NCBI GenBank assembly: GCA_964016885.1
Contig: OZ024743.1
Location: 28,830,001 to 28,894,000, forward strand
Origin: Eledone cirrhosa
Taxonomy: Eukaryota
Length of the DNA stretch: 64,000 nucleotides
Direction of reading: 5' to 3'
Positions 54,370 to 64,000 of this stretch are shown here, piece after piece (position 1 is the stretch's first letter; every line of letters begins with the position of its first letter). The position numbers and the translations under genes were made by a program. The notes beneath the pieces were generated by a model, which saw nothing but the letters and a program-made list of their open reading frames with translations, was not told where the DNA came from and did not search any database.

Positions 54370-54690
54370 TACACAAATGATGTACGCATGTGATATAGCA
54401 ATACAATGTGGTGTATAAGGCCGTTTGGACTGAACACATAACACCCTCCATTACTCCTTCTAACAAAGATTCTACCAGTGTCAGTGTTAAAGGGAAAGTT
54501 TCTACTAGAGATAATGATATTTACAGTCTTGATGTCCATATCATGAGCCTCTTCCAGTGCCCAGTATAGTATCTCATTTATTGGTACTAGCAACAGGTGT
54601 TACAGGATATGGTTTTATTGAATGTAGAGAGCTCTACGATCCGGCCCTTCCAAATCTGCTGACCCCACAACTATATTAGATATAACCTGT
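54370..54690 (-). pseudogene. Degraded R4/Dong-like non-LTR RT C-terminal fragment
   Basis: ELSTFNKTISCNT..VPI..ILYWALEEAHDMDIKT...NFPFNTDTGRIFVRRSNGG resembles W...EL..MD.KTRK...FH..SD.DRLY..R..GG. Confidence 0.5.
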
Positions 54691-54969
54691 GTTTTGAGTT
54701 GTTTTGTTTGTTTTTTATTGAATTATTTAACATTAAATATCAGTAAGCAATATTTTTTATTCGTTTATTAGTCCTAGTCATGTGACTAGGACTAACAAAT
54801 GTTGGACTATGTTGGACCCTATCTTAAACGGTTTAGTCGATTTAGTCGGTTTAGTCGATCATATTGACCCATATATATATTTCTAAGTGTGTACCTGTTT
54901 TATTATTAAGTGGCGGTTTTATTATTAAGTGGCGGTTTTATTATTAAGTGGCGGTTTTATTATTAAGTG

Positions 54970-55183
54970 GCGGTGAATTGACAGTATCGGTAGAAGGTCG
55001 GACGTCATGCTTTGCAGCATAGAGTTATGGCCCTTTATGATCTGAGTTCAAATCCCGCCGAGGTTAACTTTGCCTTTCATCCTTACGGGGTCGATACAAT
55101 AAAGTACCAGTCACGCACTGGAGTCGATTTAATCGACTTTCTCCTCCCCCAAATTGCTGATCATGTGCCTATATAAGAAACCA
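54970..55183 (+). mobile_element. SINE with TSD ATTATTAAGTGG, preceded by a 19-bp repeat x4
   Basis: A/B boxes and core; TTTATTATTAAGTGGCGGT x4 upstream; ATTATTAAGTGG downstream. Confidence 0.85.
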
Positions 55184-56506
55184 TTATTAAGTGGTGTCAA
55201 AATAAATACAGACACGTGCATACGAAAACAAATATACACGACGAGCTTCCACACTGTATTCGGCTACCAATTTTCATCCACACGCATTGATCTACCCGGG
55301 CTATAGTAGAAGTCAAATACCGAAGGTTCCATGCAGTAGGACTGGACCTGGAATTGTGTCTAGATCCTCTTATAACCGACACAACGAGAAAAACATGCAA
55401 ATTTTCGACAATTATTTTTATTTGTTTAAAAAATGTTATAATTTACTAATTACACAACAATTAATCAATCATTAGTGGTTTAACACCTTAGTTGATCTAT
55501 TTAATGGCTAAACCGGTCTTTTCTCGAGATATTCAGAGGTCCTCCCTAAAAGATGACAGCGACGCAGCTAATAATCCTGTTATACAGCTGTAAGCGATGA
55601 TTGCAGAGGGTTAACGTTCTTAGAAATAAAGGACTGGGATTTTGGGGGTAGGGCGGCGCCTGGAAGGAACGACACATATATGACGGGTGGTGGCATTAAA
55701 GTGGATTATACTGTCAGTGTTGGTTGTAGATTTGGTGTCTAAATCGGTGGTGTTAGTAAATATGAAAAGAAAATTAGAATTCATAAAATATAATCAAAAA
55801 GAGGATAAAATGAAAAGAGAAGAAAAGGAGGAAAATTCCGCATCAACAGTTGGTCTCAACTACGCTCCATCGTTAAGATGGTAAACGTGTTGCTACGAAG
55901 AACGGTCAGCGATATCGACGGCATCAGTCATTCACAGAGATCCTTTCTCGGCGATGATACCTTTATTCCGATTTGGCGAAGGGATACGGCAATCCGGAAA
56001 CGGGCCGAGGACATTCAAGATCTTGGGGCTACAGACACAACAAGGAAGCAGTGGTACGGTTGTTGTCATTGTTTAGGACGCCTTACTTCCTCGCTACCAT
56101 CACTACAACCACCACTAGATCAAACCTAATTGATTCCACTTATTCACTCTGCCTTACTTTATGGACAGTATCTAGTGTAGAAGAGTTACAGCATATCTCA
56201 GAGTGTCGAACAAAATAACTTAATGGAGTTGGGGGCCAGGATTTACATCCAGCAGTAAAACTGCTTCAAAAATGAACCCCATGAGGACCTTGAAGACTTT
56301 CATGGGATTGCAAGGCTAAATCCTGAGTTAACAGGGTGGAATGACCTATCAGTACTTGCTGCTATGGTATATCTAAGATTACATTATCTGATGTTCCCTT
56401 CCTTTTTATAATGTTCTATGGTAGGGTTTGAGAGAGATTTAGCTGCTATTTCTTTCAGATCAAAAGACTAGATAGAGGAAGTAACAACAACAGCAGCAGG
56501 AGCAGC

Positions 56507-56563
<57 letters not shown>

Positions 56564-56582
56564 TGTAGTTGTAGTAGTAGTT

Positions 56583-56615
<33 letters not shown>

Positions 56616-56727
56616 ATTGTTACTATTGTTGTTGTAGATGATACTGATTCTATTGCATTGTGTTGACTGTAATTGGTATTTATGACATTGGAATTAGTTG
56701 TGACATCTGCGATATTATTGGCTGTTA

Positions 56728-56845
56728 TACAGAGTGGGTCTTAAGTCGCGCACCAAAGCATTAAATGTCTTAACGTATTGAGTTAGTAAAGAACTGGATT
56801 ATCGCTTCTTTAATGCTTTGGTGAGCGACTTACGGTCCATACTGT
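56728..56845. mobile_element. Small Tc1/mariner-like MITE
   Basis: TACAGAGTGGGTCTTAAGTCGCGCACCAAAGCATTAAA versus TTTAATGCTTTGGTGAGCGACTTACGGTCCATACTGTG (~36-bp imperfect TIRs). Confidence 0.55.
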
Positions 56846-56939
56846 GTGATTGCAAATGTTACTGTCGTTGCTGTTGTCATATTATTGCAGATGTTGTTGC
56901 TATATTCTCGTAGTTGTTATTGTTGTTATATATTGTTGT

Positions 56940-57390
56940 ATTATTTCCGTGCCAACCCTTACCTATGGTGATGAATCTTGGGTAATGACCGAAAAAAGAC
57001 GATTGCGAATACAAGCGGTGGAAATGGGATTCCTCCGAAGGGTCTTTGAAGTAAGTTACTCGATAGAATGCGTAGCTCGGAGATAAGAGAGTCACTCCAG
57101 GTAGAGTCGCTACTTCTCTGAATTGAGAGATCCCAGCCTTGATAATATAGGCATGGGGAGGGGGGTGAGAATGTCTCTGGAAAGAATTGCTGGAAAGATT
57201 TTACGGGCAAAACCAACTGGCAGGAGATACAGGGGTAGGCCCTGAACAAGATAGTTTGATAACCTACATGAGCTTGGCTGGTCACGCTTGGGGATATAGC
57301 CGGATCAGTTGGAGACGGTTGCTTCTGACAGGACCTGCCGGAAGGGGTGTTTGAGGACCCCTCCCCCGACCCTCTCAGGAATAAGTGGAC
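56940..57390 (+). mobile_element. RTE-like LINE 3' fragment (second family)
   Basis: ISVPTLTYGDESWVMTEKRRLRIQAVEMGFLRRV, typical RTE PTLTYG.E.W / QA.EM.FLR. Confidence 0.75.
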
Positions 57391-57478
57391 GAAGAAGAAA
57401 ATATTGTTGTATTCTTGTAGATGTAAGTATCGTTGTTGTTGTATTCGTGTCGCTTCAGTTGTTGTTACATGATTCTGG

Positions 57479-57509
<31 letters not shown>

Positions 57510-57617
57510 ATTGTGCATTTGCTGCTGCTGCTGGCTGGCAACAGTTGTTTATACAATCAATTTCTACACAACCACACACTTTACACAGTCTATTGATTTA
57601 TTGATCTCTCATTAGTC

Positions 57618-58860
57618 CACCCCACAGTTACCACCGCCATCACCACCACAACTATCACCACCACAATCATCATCATCACAACCATCACCACCACAACCAT
57701 CACCACAACCATCACCACCACCACCACCACAACCATCACCACCACCACCACAACTATCACTCCCACAATCATCAGCATCACAACCATCACCACCACCACC
57801 ACCACAACCATTACCACCACCACCACCGCCACCACAACCATCGCCACCACCACCACCACAGCTATCACTCCCACAATCATCAGCATCACAACCATCACCA
57901 CCACCACCACAACCATCACCACCACCACCACCACCACAACTATCACCCCCACAATCATCATCACCACAACACCAGCACCACCACCACAACAACAACAACA
58001 ACAACCAAGACCACCATCGTAACTACGTGGTCACTCGACCTGTTAGAAATAACTGTTTCTACTTTTTCTTTTAGACACAAGGCCAGCAATTACCCAGTAC
58101 ATTACTGGTACTTTATTTTATCGACCCCGTAAGGATGAAAGGCAAAGTTAACATCGGCAGGATTTGAACTCAGATCGTAAGGGGACGTAACTCTATGATG
58201 CAAAGTATGGCGTCCGACTCTCTACGGATACTACCAATCCACCGCCCTGTTAGAAATAACACCCAAATGTCTCAACTAACCTCGATCATATTCTAACCTT
58301 TCCTCCCGTCGTCGTCGTCATCATCATCATCATCATCGTCATCATCACCTTAACTGCCATTCTCCCCACTATCATCATCACTATTTCCATAACCACAGCC
58401 ATTAATAGCAGCTGCATCAACAATTTTGTTGTCATCATCACCATCAATCATCATCAGTCATCGCCGACACCACCACCACCACCACTACCGATATTGCCAC
58501 TATCACCACCACCACCAACACAAACACCACCGTCACCACCACCGCCACCACCAGCATCACTAGCATCACCACCATCACCAACAACAACAACAACAACGCA
58601 ACAATCACCTACCAACGCCACCACCATCACCACCATTACCACCAACAACACAACCATCGCCCACCAACGCCATCACCATCACCACCATCACCAACAACAA
58701 CACAACCATCACCCACCATCGCCACCACTAACACCAACAACAACAACACAACCATCACCCACCAACGTCACCATTACTACCACCAACAATACAACTATTA
58801 CTCAACATCGCCACCATTACCACCACCATCACCACCAACAACAACACAACCAAAACTACA
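57618..58860. repeat. Low-complexity (CAC/CAT/CAA)n tracts with an intervening SINE
   Basis: Direct inspection. Confidence 0.85.
58054..58245 (-). mobile_element. Full-length SINE with 15-bp TSD CCTGTTAGAAATAAC
   Basis: TSD at 58039-58053 and 58246-58260. Confidence 0.9.
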
Positions 58861-59074
58861 ATTACATAATGCTTTCTTCGGTTGGATGCCCTTCTTAATG
58901 CCAACTACATTACAACGTACACAGCAGAGGTTCTCAAACGTTTGGGGCCACCGAGCCCTCACGGCCATGTAATAGCCTGAGCACCCCTAACCATATTTCC
59001 ATACTGACCTGCCTACATGCAAATTGCAAATAATATATAATAAATAAAATCGTTAATTTATATATAATAAATAA

Positions 59075-59257
59075 TTGTTTCTACTTTTGGCACAAGGCCA
59101 GCAATTAACCAGTGTATTACTGGTACTTTATTTTATTGACCCCGTAAGGATGACAGGCAAAGTTAACCTCGGCTGGATTTGAACTCAGAATGGCAAGGGC
59201 CGTAACTCTATATGTCAAAGCATGGCGTCCGACCCTCTACCGATACTGCCAATCCAC
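59075..59257 (-). mobile_element. SINE with TSD AATAAATAAT
   Basis: Full SINE consensus in reverse complement; an empty-site paralogue is visible near 53920. Confidence 0.9.
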
Positions 59258-59820
59258 AATAAATAATATAATATATACTATATACATCAAAGGCAATACC
59301 TTATCTTGACATATATATGCCATGATCCTGTTACCCCTGATATGGTCGTTGATGGGCCTATTAACGTTACGGTGTTTCCTGGGTATTTGAAGCTTGGCGG
59401 AGCCCATCTCTTTCTAGGAGGGGAAGAATCAACCCCAGTGCTAGACTGGTACTTTTTTGTCGACCCCGGAGAGAGATATATATATATTTATGAGATATAT
59501 ATATTTAACACATAAAAAAGAGAAGTTATCATGCTGATCTTTTTCTTATATTCAACTCTATAATTATATGTAAATATTGTGTTACCTCACATTCTTACAT
59601 TTTTGGGGCAATCAACCATTTGTAAGCGTGAATACTCGAAGAATAAAGAGCAGATGTCAGCATTCTTTAATATAATGATCTGTCCATGTTGAGAAATATC
59701 GTTATCATGCAAGTGTATAGCTATTCTATTTACACAGAGCACTCTCACTACCTGTTGATTATTACGCTACACACACATACACACATCCATATTCACGCAC
59801 ACAGACACACACAGACACAC

Positions 59821-59860
<40 letters not shown>

Positions 59861-60534
59861 CAAGTTGTTCTTCAGCGCTACTGGTAACCCCACCAAGCTT
59901 GCTTGGTGAGGAGGGTGATTTTGAACACCCTGCAGGATGAAAAACAAAACCGGTCGAAGGGCGGAGGAACTCAGGAGATTTTCAACGTCCGTCCAATAAC
60001 TATTTGTTTGTTTTTTCTCTGTTGTGGAGCGAGAGACTGCCAGTCTTCATTAAGACATCGCTCTAGGAAAAGGTCACTCTGATATAAAACCTGCGACTTC
60101 TTTTGCACCCAATGATGTAGACCAATTCTTCTTTTTTGTCAAATGCATTCGATGTTCAGAGAGTGGGATTGATCCCATGCAAAGCCTTTCCTCGCTTAAA
60201 AAAGCTTCAACCACAGGCACCGCTTGATATGTGACATTTTTTGCGATGCATGGTATTGCTGGCCATAGGCAAGTCCTTAGCGGGACTAAAAAGCCACGTC
60301 CGTTATGTTCATGCTTAAGTATCAAGCGATGGCATTACTCGAAATCGAGTTGCAGCCATCATCATGTATGTATTGCATATGCGTGTGAGTGTAGAATCAT
60401 TAATTTATTCACAATATGCAGATTCAAAGTATTCTGTGCGCCTGATACACAGGGGTATGTTTTTAGGTTCTTAATTATATCCTCCCTGAAAGCGTGTGGG
60501 AGTTTGTGTGTCTGTGTGTGTTTGTATATATAAA

Positions 60535-60790
60535 GATTCTTTGAAAGCCGCCATGTTCAGAGTAATCTCCAATACGAACCAGGACCATTTAATTCGAACA
60601 TGTAGACGATCTCCATCTTGCATGGAAGCTGTTATTGAAGCTGAAGGTGATTTTATTGAATACAATTATAGAAAAGATAATTTATTTTCATACTTATAGT
60701 ATTTTTCAATAATTAAGTTATTATCTGTTATTATATATCTGTTTTTCTATAAACATAAATCTGTCCTCAAATACCTTACGAACACTATAT
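60535..60790 (+). mobile_element. Tc1/mariner (maT/DD37D-like) transposon 3' end
   Basis: DSLKAAMFRVISNTNQDHLIRTCRRSPSCMEAVIEAEGDFIEY resembles the Tc1/maT C-terminus; a TIR-like end CTGTCCTCAAATACCTTACGAACACTATA follows. Confidence 0.65.
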
Positions 60791-61418
60791 ACATACATAT
60801 ATATATGTGTGTAAGCATATATGTATATATATAAATGTATATTTAAATATAATATATATATATTTAAACACACACACACACATATATATATTATATATCC
60901 TTTTTATTACTTATTATATATTATTTACCATTACTTCAATTTTCTGTCTGTAAACAGCCATGTGCCCAGAAGGGATTTTGTTTTCATTCTGTCTTGTTTA
61001 CATAGTAAAATGCACAGGGAGTCATAGATACTGGACCCTTGCGGTGTTGTGGACACAGACACATAGATACACATAGGGCACGAATCATAAACATCGCTAC
61101 AGAACAAGTTACATACATCCACACAAACAGAAAGCAAAATATCTATCACACTCAGTAGGACACCAAACGAAATAAAATATCCGTAAATATTCCACGCATC
61201 AGTGGACACCAATTGCTTACTATAACTACTGCTACTACTACTACTACTGCTAGTGTTACTACTTGTGGTAGAGGTGGTGGTGGGGGTGGAGAAAGATGAG
61301 TAGAGATGACGACAATGGCGGATGGCGATGATGATGGTGATGATGATAGTGATGGTGGTGGTGGTGGTGGTGGTGGTGGTGATGGTGATGATGTTGATAG
61401 TGATGGAGGTGGTGGTGG

Positions 61419-61472
<54 letters not shown>

Positions 61473-61867
61473 GGAGGAGGAGGAGGAGGAGGAGGAGGAG
61501 GAGGAGGAGGAGGATGTGAATGGTGTTAGTGGGATCATTGTTTGAGGGGGAGGAGTGTTGTAATTTTTTTCTCCTTGCACATTTTTGTTTTTCGTTTCGG
61601 AATAAATAATTGACCATTCTATTGCGAAAGAACGAGAAAGTGAGTAAGAATGATAGAGAGATAGAGAGAGAGAGAGAAAGAGAAGAAAAGAGAGAAAGAG
61701 AGAGAAAGAGGAGGAGAGTGAGATAAAGAGAGAGAGATGGGGGAGATAAAGAAGGAACACTAACGATGGAGAATTATCGTATAAATGACGATATTTATTA
61801 GATATGATATTTCCTGTATGTATGTATTTATTATGCAATGTATATATGCTGCGTATATGTGTGGGGT

Positions 61868-61927
<60 letters not shown>

Positions 61928-62347
61928 AATATACATACCAAGTATGTTTTTCATTGGAAAATGGAGGGTAAAAATGTGCAAACTATTTTTCCTCAAGAAA
62001 ATGGAGCAGGTTTTTGTTTTTCTATACTAAAATTTAGTGTTTCATATATTTTTTTTTAATTTCTAAGCATAAATGGATCTATCATTAAATAATTGTTCGA
62101 GTTTATTATTATTTATTACAAACAATAAACAAATGTAATATCTTTGAATAATAGTTCAAATGCATCATTAGGAAAGGCGTAACTCCACATAAACTCAAAC
62201 TCAATTAAATAAGAATTGTGAACGAAAAGTACTACTGTCTCAACTACATCCTTTTTACTCAATTTCACAATGATTCAAAATATCTTTCTCTCATTTCATG
62301 CTATGTAATATCTATCCAGCATCCTACTTTCTATTATATATTTTACT

Positions 62348-62531
62348 CGGTGGATTGGCAGTATCGGTAGATGGTCGGACGCCATGCTTTGACGAATAGA
62401 GTTACGGCCCTTTCCATTCTGAGTTCAAATCTCGCAGAGGTTAACTTTGCCTTTCATCCTTACGAATTCGATAAAATAAAGTACCAGTAATGCACTGGGT
62501 AATTGCTGAACTTGTGCCAAAAATAGAAACA
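62348..62531 (+). mobile_element. Full-length SINE with 15-bp TSD ATTATATATTTTACT
   Basis: TSD at 62333-62347 and 62532-62546. Confidence 0.9.
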
Positions 62532-63282
62532 ATTATATATTTTACTATCATCATTGAATATGCTCGTTCCTTCGAAATTTATTTTCTCTTGGACACGCTT
62601 CTTCCATAATAATTTAATGTTATGAAAAAACGATTGCACTCATTTTTTCCTATTGTTTTCTCACACTTTCACATTTGACAAAGTAAACACTTATTTACAC
62701 AGTAAAACAACAAGGAATGTTTTCCAGTTTCTTGTTATCTAAATACTTTGCACTGCAAATGTTATTATAACTTCACATTTTAACAACCTTTCTGCTCAAA
62801 ATAATACTGTGTTTGCTTTGGCAAAAGTGTGTAATTATTTTCCTTGGTGAAAAAAGTAATATTTAATATTTTTTTCTTTCCATAAATAATTGTTCAAATC
62901 TTTCGTTATTTATCACAGTAATAAATTGATCCGATATCTTGAAATAATTCTTCAAATCTATCATTAAAAAGGCAAATCCTTTTGACAACAAATAATTGTA
63001 TTGTCAATTTACATTATCTTTTTATATTTTTTAAAACAAATTTTATTCTCATACTTCACATTTAAACAATTTTTAGAGGGAAGGAAATCGAAGATTTGAA
63101 GCAACACGAGAGATAATGGGATGATGCAGAAAAAGGCTGGGACATGAAGAAAAAGAGGAAATAAGTAAAATGTTTCTACAATGAAGGAAATCACTTGGAA
63201 AATGGGGCTTTTCCACAAAGCAAAAAGGAGCTGATCGTCAGATCTGCGCAAAGAAACAATGTTTCCATTGGTCATTCCTTTT

Positions 63283-63406
63283 CTGATATGAGTTCAAATC
63301 CCGCCGAGGTTAACTTTGCCTTTCACCATTACGGGGTCGATAAAATAAAGTACCAGTAATACACTGGCATAATTGCTGACCTTGTGCCAAAAGTAGAAAC
63401 AATTAT
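63283..63406 (+). mobile_element. SINE, 5'-truncated
   Basis: B-box and core motif. Confidence 0.85.
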
Positions 63407-63808
63407 CTGTCGGTCGCAATTCCTACCTACAGAAGGAGGTGCTATTTGAAGTCAGCGCGCCCGTAGCCGGATTAGACACTGCAATTCTGTCAATCTCCTA
63501 GCCATGAACATCATAATTCATCTAAGAAATATGCCATCAACAAACATTCTATATGTATATACTATACTGATTGAAACTACAGTAATATCAAGAGGTTACC
63601 TGAAGGAACTGTTTCTTTTTAAGTTGTTTTTATGTTGTCTTTGTCTTGTGTGTGTCCCCCTTTTTTAGTTATATATATATATGTAGGAGGTGAGTTTTAT
63701 TGTAGTACAATAAAGTAATGCAGATATCGGATAAGAAGCACTCTACAGTTTGTAGGACTGGAGTATACATAATATATAAGATCAAAAGATGGTTAAAAGA
63801 GTTCCATG

Positions 63809-63879
63809 TATTTTATTATGCGCATTTCAAAAACAAATATCATCATGCAATAACATTTGTGTTTTCATCAGATAAAATA
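63809..63879 (-). ncRNA. Minimal type I hammerhead ribozyme with perfectly palindromic stem III
   Basis: Minus: TATTTTAT-CTGATGA-AAACACAAATG...TATTTGTTTTT-GAAA-TGCGCA-TA-ATAAAATA. Confidence 0.8.
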
Positions 63880-64000
63880 GGAAGACATGATATGAAGGTT
63901 AAAAACACTTGTGGATAGTGCAGTTTTAAATCAACATATGAAAAGTAGTTTTAGATTGATGTGTGATATTGGGGAAAATTCTTTTTAGGGGGGGGGGGGA

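Noticed and set aside
55690-56330. GC-richer segment with short ORFs (also 35719-36000, 60060-60360)
   Set aside because: No recognisable motifs; probably old TE debris, unassigned
57590-58898. Gly/Cys/Asp-rich and Pro/Thr/His-rich ORFs (also 60931-61838, 2488-2949)
   Set aside because: Trinucleotide low-complexity tracts with no domain signal or splice context
62560-63560. Possible piggyBac-like transposase relic on minus
   Set aside because: Only vague Cys-rich and IDRIAVSN similarity; cannot support by eye

Overview
AT-rich, microsatellite-dense eukaryotic DNA with no recognisable host gene; the repeat content (tRNA-head SINE with a Meta-like core, very long (TA)n/(CA)n/(GA)n/(AGT)n tracts) suggests an invertebrate, probably an octopus (inference). 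It is almost entirely transposable-element derived. Main items: a near-full-length Tx1/L1-like LINE sitting in a (TTA)n tract (40.6-46.6 kb) plus truncated copies; a Penelope-like element (RT + C-terminal GIY-YIG, direct pseudo-LTRs, 28.25-32.25 kb) and a 3.3-kb palindromic copy (11.8-15.1 kb); RTE, CR1, R4/Dong-like, Tc1/mariner and Helitron relics; about 15 SINE copies; a near-identical 3.5-kb tandem duplication; and a 3.6-kb 10-mer minisatellite. The most notable signal is a dispersed set of type I hammerhead ribozyme folds, found by eye, often inside short fold-back elements so that both strands carry one. They include minimal forms with a (near-)palindromic stem III, forms with very long stem II, and two core variants (U3-A8; U4A), and most are followed by an AATAAA and an ACTC...GAGT hairpin. 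Coordinates were read by eye and may be off by a few bases. Most long ORFs in the track are microsatellite artefacts.
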